This document shows, one piece after another, positions 31,150 through 40,547 of a stretch of 64,000 nt of DNA (the first letter of the stretch is position 1; the number at the start of each line of letters is the position of its first letter). This DNA is from an uncultured Verrucomicrobiales bacterium (GTDB lineage: Bacteria; Verrucomicrobiota; Verrucomicrobiia; Verrucomicrobiales; Akkermansiaceae). The notes under the pieces were generated by a model. That model was not told the DNA's origin. It did no database searches and saw only the letters and a list, made by a program, of their open reading frames with translations. Where the stretch lies: positions 9,374-73,373 of the forward strand of contig CALBVY010000039.1 of assembly GCA_937969495.1 (NCBI GenBank), given 5' to 3'. The position numbers and the translations under genes were made by a program.

Positions 31150-31865
31150 GTGCCATCGAGATCAAATTGATCATGCAGCACGGCACGAGGAATATGGAGT
31201 ATGGCCTGATTTCCTATCATCTTAATCGTGCCCCTAAGAGTTACCGGCTCGGTTTTTTTCATGGTGAGATTAACCTTTTTATTTCCTACTGCTTTGGTGA
31301 GGACCAGGCCGCTTCCTTTTACCTGAGAGTAGCCTAACACACTGAAATAAGACTGCGGGAGCACAAAGGTGTCTTGCGCACTGAGTAAGGATGTATGGCT
31401 TAAATGATTGGGGATAATTTGTAAGACGTTTCTAGCAATACGAACGTTAATATTACCCACCAAGGCACCCCAGGTGAAGTCCATATCATAGCCCTTGATA
31501 TTAGTTAGGCGAATATCCTGAAGAGAAATTTGCTGTTTACCCGTACTTCGATCCTCTTGAATCCTAACGATGACTTTGCCTTTGAGTGCTGCTGTGTCAT
31601 GAGCCTTGCGACTCCCTAACAAACCTCCTTTAGGATCAATGGAGAGATCAATGGTCCCCGTGCTACGCGTTGTATCGATGGTAAACTCCACCGTTTTCGT
31701 AGTTGGTGCAAAGGAAGTCATTAGCTGGCCGCTATCGGTAGGCACCACCGTAGAGGCTATCGGCGGAGGAGCTGGATCATTTTTCCAAAATCCACAGGCA
31801 GGTAAAAACACAGCGCAATAAAGAATCAGCAATGCTTTTACGGTATAAGAAAATGTTTTTATCAT
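31095..31865 (-). CDS. Hypothetical lipoprotein
   Basis: Lipobox-like FLPAC after a hydrophobic stretch; long ORF; 3' end overlaps the convergent Mo-enzyme gene by 55 nt. Confidence 0.6.
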   Translation of the reverse strand: MIKTFSYTVKALLILYCAVFLPACGFWKNDPAPPPIASTVVPTDSGQLMTSFAPTTKTVEFTIDTTRSTGTIDLSIDPKGGLLGSRKAHDTAALKGKVIVRIQEDRSTGKQQISLQDIRLTNIKGYDMDFTWGALVGNINVRIARNVLQIIPNHLSHTSLLSAQDTFVLPQSYFSVLGYSQVKGSGLVLTKAVGNKKVNLTMKKTEPVTLRGTIKMIGNQAILHIPRAVLHDQFDLDGTQLGLVFTADITATAQNL

Positions 31866-31947
31866 GCTGAAGCTTGCGGGCATTGGTGAGGCAGACTAAA
31901 TAGGGCATGGGCAATCGTCAATGTCTGCCCGTGAAGGTTTTATTATT

Positions 31948-33042
31948 ATGTCTTCTTGCTGCTGCAACAAACCAGAGCCCCCTCAGACCAATCCCTCTCA
32001 AGATGAGGATGGATCATGCTGCGGAGCGAGTGGTCAGAGTGTGGACTGGCTGCTGTGGGCTTCTTTCGCTCTCTGCGCTATAGGCTATGTGGTGCATTTG
32101 TTATTGGGAAATCATTTGCCGCACCAGTTGGCACATTTTAGCCAGGGGGTCTTTGAGCTCCTAAACAAAATGTGGTGGGGTCTGGCTCTAGGTATTTTCG
32201 CCGTAGGGGCGCTCGGCAAGGTGCCCCGCGAGTGGGTGGCAGCGGTTCTTGGTAGACCTGGCAGTATTCAGGGAATCTTTCGCGCCATGGCAGCGGGCTT
32301 GATTTTGGATCTTTGTAATCATGGTATTTTGTTAGTAGCGATGAAGCTCTACGAACGCGGTGCATCACTTGGGCAGACGCTCGCATTTCTTATCGCCAGT
32401 CCGTGGAATTCACTTTCATTGACACTGATATTAATCGCACTCATTGGGCTGAAGTGGGCATTGGCTTTTATTCTGCTTTCGGCTCTGATTGCCGTAGTGA
32501 CTGGCCTATGTGTAGAGGCCATGGTCAAAAAGGGATTCCTAGCAGGAAACCCCAATCAAGTAGCCATACCGGAAAATTTTGATTTGTTAGGTGAAGTAAA
32601 GGTATTTTGTCGCCCCAGTAAGTGGCGGCTGACTACCTTCGGCTCGATGATCAAACATGGTTTTGCTGAGTCTGGTATGATTCTCCGGTGGATATTTCTA
32701 GGCACCCTCATGGCAGCGGCTATTCGTGCCTTTGTGCCACAGGAAATCTTTGGTGAGTGGTTTGGGCCTACGTGGGCGGGTGTTTTGCTCACTCTGCTGG
32801 CGGCTTCCGTCATTGAAGTGTGTTCGGAAGGTTCCAGCCCTATTGCGGCTGACCTTGTGACACGCGCCTCAGCACCTGGAAATGGTTTTGCTTTTCTGAT
32901 GGCTGGAGCGGCAACGGATTATACGGAGATTATCGCACTGAAGGAGACCACCAAATCTTGGAAGTCTGCATTTATCTTACCATTACTTACTTTGCCACAG
33001 GTCGTGGTGATCGCATGGATCATCAACGCCTGGGCAAATTAG
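31948..33042 (+). CDS. DUF318 (ArsP-like) predicted permease with Cys-rich N-terminus
   Basis: Two repeats of TM bundles with LDLCNHG and IEVCSEG motifs; N-terminal SSCCC and GSCCG. Confidence 0.8.
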   Translation: MSSCCCNKPEPPQTNPSQDEDGSCCGASGQSVDWLLWASFALCAIGYVVHLLLGNHLPHQLAHFSQGVFELLNKMWWGLALGIFAVGALGKVPREWVAAVLGRPGSIQGIFRAMAAGLILDLCNHGILLVAMKLYERGASLGQTLAFLIASPWNSLSLTLILIALIGLKWALAFILLSALIAVVTGLCVEAMVKKGFLAGNPNQVAIPENFDLLGEVKVFCRPSKWRLTTFGSMIKHGFAESGMILRWIFLGTLMAAAIRAFVPQEIFGEWFGPTWAGVLLTLLAASVIEVCSEGSSPIAADLVTRASAPGNGFAFLMAGAATDYTEIIALKETTKSWKSAFILPLLTLPQVVVIAWIINAWAN

Positions 33043-33058
33043 ATTGTCCCTTTGAATA

Positions 33059-33661
33059 TTAAGGGCTTTCGAAAATGAGATCTGATTTTTTCTCAGTGGT
33101 ATCGAGCTTTTTGGGAGTTATAGGGCTGATGATCATGGCGTAATTATCATAGCGGACATTTCCTCCCACCTGATCCATGATGTAGTTGAGCACCACCTCG
33201 GCGGGGACACGGTTTAAGCGAAGACTAACGTCTCTACCTTTAAAGGTATGGGTGGGATCACGGACAATGAAGTTGAGACTGGCTGTTTTCTTGGACTCCC
33301 GCTCTATCATTATTTTGAGGACATCCAATGCTTCTTGTAGAGTCACTTGTTCCAAGTCTATTTTGGGAATGATCACTTTCTTTAGGGTAGCCTTACGCTT
33401 ATTGACCACTAATGATTTTTTATTATTTTGAAGGTAAAAGAAATAGTGGCGCGCTTGGGCATGCTTAGGGTTAAGCTTTAAGACCTTACGGAAATTGGTC
33501 TGCGCAAGATCATATTTCCCTTGGCGCATGGCGGTAATACCCGTGCTATAGAGGGTGTTTACCTGCTGCATGCGTTGATCACTTTGTCTACTCTGGGCAG
33601 ACACGGAGGCGCTGACAACTAATGTCAGTGCCACAATTAATGTTGTGGTTCTGTATTTCAT
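33059..33661 (-). CDS. Secreted TPR + STN/secretin-N-like domain protein
   Basis: Signal peptide, TPR-like helix pair (YDLAQTNFRKVLKLNP), IPKIDLEQVTLQEAL...VSLRLNRVP..VVL.YI. Confidence 0.6.
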   Translation of the reverse strand: MKYRTTTLIVALTLVVSASVSAQSRQSDQRMQQVNTLYSTGITAMRQGKYDLAQTNFRKVLKLNPKHAQARHYFFYLQNNKKSLVVNKRKATLKKVIIPKIDLEQVTLQEALDVLKIMIERESKKTASLNFIVRDPTHTFKGRDVSLRLNRVPAEVVLNYIMDQVGGNVRYDNYAMIISPITPKKLDTTEKKSDLIFESP

Positions 33662-33780
33662 AACTGGATCGTAGTTCGTGTTAAGCTATGAGTATACGAG
33701 GTGTGAGTATACTTATAACATTCATAACACTATATCCAGATTGAGAGTCTATGCAAAGGGGAAAAGCACGGTAGCCATTT

Positions 33781-35027
33781 CAGGGTCATCCAGCTAGGGA
33801 GAGGAGATGGTTCCTGTAATCATCATCGGCCATTGCCTTCATCTGCTTCATGGGTAAAGATTTGTTAATGGTTTTATCCAATTTCAGTATGTTCTGAGCT
33901 AGTCGTCTCAACACGGCAAAATTGCGGGCTGCGTTTTTCACCCTCACTTGTGAATGGTCTTCGCGATACAGAGTGTCTAAAACCCAGTGGCAACCATTTT
34001 CAATACTCCAGTGCTGCCGTACCAAGCTTTGAAAAGTTTCAGCGCACCCATCCAAGCTGCTGATATAGAATCTCTTCTGCTTGCTGGTTTTCATGCTACT
34101 TAAACAGTAAGTCTCGGATTCGATCATGATCAGGCATTGAAGCCCGTTCCATTTTTTGCGAACCGAGCGTGACATCCAGTCAAGCTCGTTAGTGACAGCT
34201 ACTCGCCGTGTACAAACTCGACCATTGGCTTTTTCTGTTTGCTCACAAAGGCTCCAAGCCTTGCTTTTTTCCTGGGCCACCTGCGTGGTTGCAAAATGAA
34301 ACTGGTCAATAGCCTCATTGTGCAATGTCCCTTGATTGCGCTTGAGAGCCATAAGGTAGTCAGCTCCCTTGTCCTTCACTTTTTTTGCGATTGCTGTCTG
34401 GGTACCCATGGCATCCACGGAAATGACATGACCTTTGATCTCTAGCTGCTCAAGAAGAAGTGGAATGGCTGGGATCTCATTACTTTTTTTCTGCACAAAT
34501 TCCACAGCAAGTGTCACTCCTGTGTCAGCAGCCCAGGCACTCAGGCAATGCTCCTGTTCCGAACTGGACTTCCCACTACCTCTGATCGTTTTGCCATCGA
34601 TAGCTATGAGTTGTTTTGCTAACTCAGGGTGAAGATCCCTGATGTGTTCAACCACGCATTTGCTGAACTGCTGGGGATCCATGAGGGAAAACAGGTTAAT
34701 GAGAGTCTGCTTAACCGGGATACCATTGGGCAATTTGATCCATTTTTTTAACCACCGTTCATGAACATGGGCAAACTCAACAATCCCTGAAAAGGATTGA
34801 ACCCCGCAGACCAACGCGCTGACAGCAATAAACAAAATCTCCCCAAAGTAGTGTTTTTTGTTCCCTCCGAGACGAGGATCTTCGATGACGATGAATCGTT
34901 CAAAACCATTGGGTAAACCTCCCGAGTAGTCATTTTTATTTGGATTTCTGGGCATCCAGAAATTATAAGGCGCCTAACAAAAAGTACAACTCTAAATTGT
35001 CAATATTTCCCTAGCTGGATGACCCTG
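33781..35027 (-). mobile_element. ISAs1 family insertion sequence, 1247 bp
   Basis: Perfect 20-bp terminal IRs CAGGGTCATCCAGCTAGGGA (33781-33800) and its complement (35008-35027); 10-bp TSD GTAGCCATTT at 33771-33780 and 35028-35037. Confidence 0.95.
33786..34955 (-). CDS. ISAs1 family DDE transposase
   Basis: EDPR, IAIDGKT, KSNEI.A, VDAMGTQ, LKRNQ, RQHWSIEN..HWVLD..YRED; stop codon lies inside the IR. Confidence 0.96.
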   Translation of the reverse strand: MPRNPNKNDYSGGLPNGFERFIVIEDPRLGGNKKHYFGEILFIAVSALVCGVQSFSGIVEFAHVHERWLKKWIKLPNGIPVKQTLINLFSLMDPQQFSKCVVEHIRDLHPELAKQLIAIDGKTIRGSGKSSSEQEHCLSAWAADTGVTLAVEFVQKKSNEIPAIPLLLEQLEIKGHVISVDAMGTQTAIAKKVKDKGADYLMALKRNQGTLHNEAIDQFHFATTQVAQEKSKAWSLCEQTEKANGRVCTRRVAVTNELDWMSRSVRKKWNGLQCLIMIESETYCLSSMKTSKQKRFYISSLDGCAETFQSLVRQHWSIENGCHWVLDTLYREDHSQVRVKNAARNFAVLRRLAQNILKLDKTINKSLPMKQMKAMADDDYRNHLLSLAG

Positions 35028-35116
35028 GTAGCCATTTCAGCCATGTGCTTGGTGCAGAAAAGTTACACCCAGATGATGCATTAGATTTTGATAGAAATGC
35101 ATATTCTAGGTTGCAC

Positions 35117-35488
35117 CTAGGCGTTCCAGTTCAGGGCACCTTTTTTCAATGCATAAATGTAGGCCACAGCTAACACACCGGCAAAGCCACAGATACTCCA
35201 GAATGCCATTGGCCCCTCTTGAATCAAATCACGGAACTGCACCGCCCATGGGTAAAGGAATACTACTTCAATATCAAAAATGACAAAAAGCATGGCGATT
35301 ACATAAAATTTTACACTAAAGCGCGGTGCACCATCACCGATAGGTTTCATACCGCACTCATAAGGACTTTCCTTGGTGGGATTTGACTTACCCTTTTTCC
35401 CCAGTAGCAGGCTCATAAGTAGCATGACACCAGCGAAACCAAGCGCAATAACGGCCTGCATAATGACGGGAAGATAATTCTCTAGCAT
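35117..35488 (-). CDS. nuoA: NADH-quinone oxidoreductase subunit A
   Basis: KESPYECG, RFSVKFYVIAMLFVIFDIEVVFLYPWAV. Confidence 0.95.
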   Translation of the reverse strand: MLENYLPVIMQAVIALGFAGVMLLMSLLLGKKGKSNPTKESPYECGMKPIGDGAPRFSVKFYVIAMLFVIFDIEVVFLYPWAVQFRDLIQEGPMAFWSICGFAGVLAVAYIYALKKGALNWNA

Positions 35489-35546
35489 GGTGGTAAGAAG
35501 ATATATTGGTATGAAGAGGCAGAATAGCAATGAATGCTTAAATAAG

Positions 35547-35584
35547 AAAACTCACATCGCCGTTGCAGGTGATGTGAGTTTTTT
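35547..35584. terminator. Bidirectional-looking intrinsic terminator
   Basis: AAAACTCACATCGC-N8-GTGATGTGAGTTTT stem with A/T tracts on both sides, downstream of the 35659-35967 gene. Confidence 0.7.
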
Positions 35585-35658
35585 AAAACAATTCGCAATG
35601 GTAAAACCAGCACGAAATTTTGATTTGGTTCGATTAATGGAGTTTGCTCCAGCCTAGG

Positions 35659-35967
35659 CTAAACAGACTCTTGGGCAGCAAGGAAATCACTATGAGCTTC
35701 TGAGAGCTTTGGTAGGCCCTTATATTCCTTACCTTCTTTTTCAATCATTCCTCGGGTGACAAGATTTTGTAGTTTTTCATACGCACGTAGACGGAGCATC
35801 TCTTCTCCACCACTTACGGCGTTACGCTCCTTGAGCTTTGCGTAAACAGCTTCGAATAAGTCGTTGAATCCGAAGAAGCTGTCATCATCACCCAGTACAT
35901 TAACAATTTCATCTGTTACATGATCTGGGACGCGGCGAGAGAAGCGAGTTCTTTTCGTAGTAGCCAT
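35659..35967 (-). CDS. Small hypothetical protein (102 aa), possibly winged-helix-like
   Basis: MATTKRTRFSRRVPDHVTDEI...SGGEEMLRLRAYEKLQNLV.RGMIEK. Charged, non-random composition, followed by a terminator. ATG 35967 chosen. Confidence 0.7.
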   Translation of the reverse strand: MATTKRTRFSRRVPDHVTDEIVNVLGDDDSFFGFNDLFEAVYAKLKERNAVSGGEEMLRLRAYEKLQNLVTRGMIEKEGKEYKGLPKLSEAHSDFLAAQESV

Positions 35968-36116
35968 AGACGAATTGTGCCACAACAAACCATTAAAAGC
36001 GAATTGAAAATAATAAAAAGCATAAATTTTCATCTTTTTTGCCTGATAGTTTTGAAATTTTCTTAAAATGATGGAGTTGACACCACAGGCTCAGAAGCCA
36101 TTGTCACACCTAGAAT

Positions 36117-37136
36117 ATGAGTGCAACATCTGGAAAACATCTAGCTATTGTAGGGGCTACGGGAGCTGTGGGGCAGGAAATACTTGATTGTTTAGAGCGC
36201 CGTAATTTCCCCGTTAGCGAATTAACTTTATTAGCATCCGCGAGATCTGCGGGGAAAGAATTCACCTTCCGCGGAACCTTAATCAAAGTTAAGGAATTAA
36301 CACATGATGCATTCGCAGGTATTGATATTGCTCTGTTCAGCGCTGGTGGTGGTATTTCCAAAGAGTTTGCACCATCCGCCGCCGCCGCTGGGTGTGTGGT
36401 CATTGATAACTCTTCCTGTTTCCGTATGGATGAGGATGTGCCTCTGGTGGTGCCGGAGATTAATCCGGAAGCGATTCAGAACCGCCCGCGAAACATTATC
36501 GCTAATCCCAACTGCACTTCCATCATTACGCTGATGGCGCTCTACCCTCTGCATAAACTCTACGGGCTGAAGTCTATTATCGCTTCGAGCTACCAAGCCG
36601 TCTCAGGTAGCGGTGCTCAGGGAATCGCTGAACTTCAGGAGCAGATTAAAGTGCTCGGCTCCGGTGGAGAGATCACTGCTGAGATGCAAAATATTTACCC
36701 TCATCAGATTGTTTCCAATGTGATTCCACAGGTAGATGCTTTTACCGATAACGGCTATACCAAAGAGGAGCTAAAAATGCTCAATGAGAGCCGTAAGATT
36801 CTCAACCTCCCCGAGCTCAAGGTTACATGCACCTGCGTGCGCGTCCCTGTGTATCGGTCCCACTCCGTGAGTGTAACAGCACAGTTTGATCAACCAGTCC
36901 ATGTCAGCGAAGCTCGGGCGGCATTTGCTAGTTACCCAGGTATTGATGCCAAAGATGATCCGGGAAATAATCTTTACCCTGTGCCGTTAGATACCACTGG
37001 GAAGGATAATTGTCTAGTAGGCCGTATTCGCAAGGACATGGTCTTCGACAATGCTCTCACCCTCTGGGTAGTGGGTGACCAAGTCCTCAAGGGGGCTGCA
37101 CTTAATGCCGTGCAAATTGCTGAGCTGGTAGAATAG
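36117..37136 (+). CDS. asd: Aspartate-semialdehyde dehydrogenase
   Basis: VGATGAVG, IDNSSCFR, IANPNCTS, SYQAVSGSG, TCVRVPV..SHS. Confidence 0.97.
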   Translation: MSATSGKHLAIVGATGAVGQEILDCLERRNFPVSELTLLASARSAGKEFTFRGTLIKVKELTHDAFAGIDIALFSAGGGISKEFAPSAAAAGCVVIDNSSCFRMDEDVPLVVPEINPEAIQNRPRNIIANPNCTSIITLMALYPLHKLYGLKSIIASSYQAVSGSGAQGIAELQEQIKVLGSGGEITAEMQNIYPHQIVSNVIPQVDAFTDNGYTKEELKMLNESRKILNLPELKVTCTCVRVPVYRSHSVSVTAQFDQPVHVSEARAAFASYPGIDAKDDPGNNLYPVPLDTTGKDNCLVGRIRKDMVFDNALTLWVVGDQVLKGAALNAVQIAELVE

Positions 37137-37167
37137 CTGAGAGAAAAAATTAAAAAAACCAGCGCAT

Positions 37168-38052
37168 ATGGACGATCTAAAACCCTGGCTCAAAGCCACG
37201 CAAAAGCAGGTAGACTCGGCACTGAGTAGATTTCTACCACGTGAGTCTGCTCGGCCACAAACCATTCACAAAGCAATGCGTTACAGCATCTTTGCAGGAG
37301 GTAAACGTCTACGCCCTATCCTCACCCTCGCCGCAGCTGAAGCCTGTGGAGGAGATATAGAACATGCCTTAGCCCCTGCCTGCGCCACCGAGATCATGCA
37401 TACCTACTCGCTTGTGCACGATGACTTACCATCGATGGACGATGACGATCTGCGCCGTGGTCGCCCTACCAGTCATAAAGTTTTTGGAGAAGGTATGGCC
37501 GTCCTCACAGGTGATGCCTTGTTGACGCAGGTGTTTATCGTTATTGCGCAGACTCCAGCTACCAAGCGCTATTCGGTAAAAGACTACGTGCAGGAAATTG
37601 CTGACACAGGAGGAAGTAAAAAACTCATCGGAGGACAGGTACTTGATCTGGAAGGTGAAGGGAAACAACTCACCAAAAAAGATCTCATCCGTATCCATGA
37701 GGCTAAGACCGCCGCCCTCCTAACCTGTTCCGTCAGGCTTGGTGCCATGACGGCCAATGCCACTCCGGCGCAACTAGATGCACTCACAACCTTTGGCTAC
37801 CATCTCGGACTCGCCTTTCAAGTGATCGATGACATCCTCGATGTTACTCAGACCACAGAAATGCTGGGTAAAACAGCCGGTAAGGATGAAGCCGTAGATA
37901 AGTCCACCTACCCAGCCATTCTTGGACTGGAGAAATCACGTCAAGAAGCCGCCCGCCTTACCAAAAAGGCACTGGGTGCACTAGCTCCTTTGGGTAAAAA
38001 AAGCCAACGGCTTGAGCAGATCGCGAGGTATCTACTAGACCGCGAGTATTAA
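37168..38052 (+). CDS. ispA: Polyprenyl diphosphate synthase (FPP/GGPP synthase)
   Basis: GGKRLRP, FARM HDDLPSMDDDDLRRG, KTAALL, SARM QVIDDILD, KSTYP. Confidence 0.88.
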   Translation: MDDLKPWLKATQKQVDSALSRFLPRESARPQTIHKAMRYSIFAGGKRLRPILTLAAAEACGGDIEHALAPACATEIMHTYSLVHDDLPSMDDDDLRRGRPTSHKVFGEGMAVLTGDALLTQVFIVIAQTPATKRYSVKDYVQEIADTGGSKKLIGGQVLDLEGEGKQLTKKDLIRIHEAKTAALLTCSVRLGAMTANATPAQLDALTTFGYHLGLAFQVIDDILDVTQTTEMLGKTAGKDEAVDKSTYPAILGLEKSRQEAARLTKKALGALAPLGKKSQRLEQIARYLLDREY

Positions 38053-38069
38053 GCCACAGCTGAAGTAAT

Positions 38070-39032
38070 TTACTTACACAACGGCCTGCACATATCAATC
38101 AGTGCAGGATCAACAACACAGCGTGTATCCGCCACCTTTTGAATAGGAAGTGTGCCAAAACTTCCAGAGCGGTAAACCATGATATTACACGTCTCCCCAC
38201 GCTGCAGTGAGTCCACCGCAGCAGTGGCAAATTTAAATGCCATAAGACGATCTCTCACCGTAGGTGAGCCACCACGTTGAATATGGCCCAAAATAGTCAG
38301 ACGGGCATCCATCTTTAAGTTATCACCTATCCAGCGTGTTAGGTAATCACTCATACCTGTACCTTCTGCTACAATACCAATCAAAAAGTTTCTACCCTCT
38401 TTGATTTGTAGGCGGAGCCGTTCACCGATGCTATCCAGATTATACTCCAGCTCCGGAACCATACAGATTTCCGCCCCACTGGTTACCGCTGAGGCCATCG
38501 CTAAATAGCCGCAGTCACGCCCCATCGTTTCCACCACAAAAGCGCGGTTAAATGAGTTAGCCGTATCACGGATGCTATCCACAGATTGGCGGATCATATT
38601 CAGTGCTGTATCCACCCCTAAACAGTAGTCTGTCCCAGGAATATCATTATCAATGGTCGCTGGAATACCCGCAAATGGCACCTTAAAATCTGTGTAAAAT
38701 TGATTTAATGCACGAAAAGATCCATCACCACCTATAACCACCAATTTTTTAATACCGTGTTTTTCAAGGTTCTCATATGCTTTCTGACGATGTTCATATT
38801 CAAAGAATCGTTTGGAGCGCGTAGACCTCAGCACCGTGCCTCCACGATTAACGATGCTAGAGACAGCGTTTGAGGTCGCTTTTTCAATGTGATCTTCAAT
38901 CAGCCCACGCAAGCCATTGTAGACCAAATAAGGCTGGTAGCCTTGACTAAGTGCGTATTCAACAGCGCATTTGACGGCTGGATTCATTCCTGCTGCGTCA
39001 CCGCCGGAGGTCATAATTGCTATACCTTCCAT
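38070..39032 (-). CDS. pfkA: ATP-dependent 6-phosphofructokinase
   Basis: TSGGDAAGMN, GGDGS, PATIDND, VETMGRDCG, LGHIQRGG. Confidence 0.95.
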   Translation of the reverse strand: MEGIAIMTSGGDAAGMNPAVKCAVEYALSQGYQPYLVYNGLRGLIEDHIEKATSNAVSSIVNRGGTVLRSTRSKRFFEYEHRQKAYENLEKHGIKKLVVIGGDGSFRALNQFYTDFKVPFAGIPATIDNDIPGTDYCLGVDTALNMIRQSVDSIRDTANSFNRAFVVETMGRDCGYLAMASAVTSGAEICMVPELEYNLDSIGERLRLQIKEGRNFLIGIVAEGTGMSDYLTRWIGDNLKMDARLTILGHIQRGGSPTVRDRLMAFKFATAAVDSLQRGETCNIMVYRSGSFGTLPIQKVADTRCVVDPALIDMCRPLCK

Positions 39033-39132
39033 GATAAAAATAAAAGAGTGCGTTAAAATAAATAAACCATATGAAATTTCACATCAAATGGCAATAACCT
39101 CCCTTATGTGCTATCTTTCAAAAATGCAAGTA

Positions 39133-39152
39133 ACAGTATAAAAATATACTGT
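39133..39152. promoter_or_regulatory. Perfect palindrome ACAGTATA-AAAA-TATACTGT between pfkA and tRNA-Cys
   Basis: 8-4-8 inverted repeat overlapping a minus-strand TTGACA (39150-39155). Confidence 0.4.
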
Positions 39153-39231
39153 CAAAAAACGGCCATTGACAAGCTCCCCACTGCACACTACCAAAATCCC
39201 GTCTTGGAGTTATTTACCGCTCCAAATAAAA

Positions 39232-39306
39232 GGCGGAGTGGCCAAGTGGTAAGGCATCGGTTTGCAAAACCGACATTCGCGGGTTCGATTCCCGCCTCCG
39301 CCTCCA
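39232..39306 (+). tRNA. tRNA-Cys (GCA)
   Basis: Acceptor stem GGCGGAG/CTCCGCC, anticodon arm TCGGT-TTGCAAA-ACCGA, T-loop GGTTCGATTCC, encoded CCA end. Confidence 0.97.
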
Positions 39307-39332
39307 TTATTTTCTTACGGGTTTAAATCAAA

Positions 39333-40502
39333 TTATCTTTGATAAATTGGAAGAATCTTCATGCAAGGTGTAAGAGCTATGATTGCTAGAGAAGTGGAGT
39401 AAGCTGCCCCATATGGTGCAGCAGAACCTCTTCTGGGCCATATCCCTGTGGGATCTTGCAAAGGTAAAAGATAATTATAGCACTCTTTCATACCTGTTAC
39501 CCAGAGTTGACCGCCCATCTGGATAGAAGCCTGTGTTACATAATAACAGGTATAATACGGGTAATATCTTCTGCAGTGCGAAAGAAAAGCATTGATATTC
39601 CTTGCTGAGAATTTACTCAAATAAGCAGACGATTTTAACAAAGCTGGGTGTTTATGTTTCCCTGCAAGGGCAACACATAACGTGCCTGCCGCTGTCATAA
39701 TAAAGGAGCTCCGATCATCACTAGAAATGTAGCGAAAGCCTCCTTGAGGCGTCTGATTTCGTAATACGAAGTTTGCAATACGGTCCATTACTTTTTCAGG
39801 GACATCAAATCCAGCGTTGCGAATAGAGCGTAGTGAAGCAGCATGCCAACCTGTCACCGATACATCTCCCTCAGCTCTATCTCTCCAAGGTCGGGTGTAG
39901 CGGAAGCCTCCGTCATCTTTTGCTTCTCCTTTCCTAATGTCCCAGAGCTGGAGTGTACACTTTAGCCCTTTTTCAATACCTTGTTTAATCCGAAAAGCAC
40001 GTTGAGGCTCAGTTAATCCATAAACCTCACCGAGCATTAGCATGCAGATGGCATGACAGTATGTCTTGGCTCCTCCACCGTTAACATATAAGTCACCTCC
40101 TCTGGGTATCATGTTAATCTCTGGATAATTAAGCTCTTGCGCAGCGAATAGTCCACTTTTTTGCTGAATGGATAACACGTAATTCAATGCCCTATCAAGT
40201 TGCTTGCCATAGGGGCCTTCGCCAGGGCGGTGCCCCCGCGATAGATATGCCATAATAGCAAGGGAGGTAATAGCTGGCTTGCCGTGTCTTTGCGTTTGAA
40301 AACTACCATTTGCCTCTTGCAGTCGCGCAAGAGCCTTCAAGCCTCTGTCCACGCTATCGGTTAGTTTTTTCATCTCAGTATCAGTCAGCGCCTGAGGAAG
40401 TGGAGCAGAAGGGTCAATAAGCGAGATTTCACCTTTGGGCACCTGTCCAAAACAACACCCCAATGAGCATATAAATACAATAATGTAAGAAATAAAATTC
40501 AT
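39333..40502 (-). CDS. Prenyltransferase/squalene-oxidase-repeat (alpha/alpha barrel) secreted protein, paralog 3
   Basis: Signal peptide, LQEANGSF/QTPQGGF QW-like repeats, DGGFRY, GDVSVTGW, C-terminal LPIYQR. Confidence 0.85.
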   Translation of the reverse strand: MNFISYIIVFICSLGCCFGQVPKGEISLIDPSAPLPQALTDTEMKKLTDSVDRGLKALARLQEANGSFQTQRHGKPAITSLAIMAYLSRGHRPGEGPYGKQLDRALNYVLSIQQKSGLFAAQELNYPEINMIPRGGDLYVNGGGAKTYCHAICMLMLGEVYGLTEPQRAFRIKQGIEKGLKCTLQLWDIRKGEAKDDGGFRYTRPWRDRAEGDVSVTGWHAASLRSIRNAGFDVPEKVMDRIANFVLRNQTPQGGFRYISSDDRSSFIMTAAGTLCVALAGKHKHPALLKSSAYLSKFSARNINAFLSHCRRYYPYYTCYYVTQASIQMGGQLWVTGMKECYNYLLPLQDPTGIWPRRGSAAPYGAAYSTSLAIIALTPCMKILPIYQR

Positions 40503-40547
40503 AGATCTATTTAATGACGATTTAATCATTTATTGTTAGATAATTCA

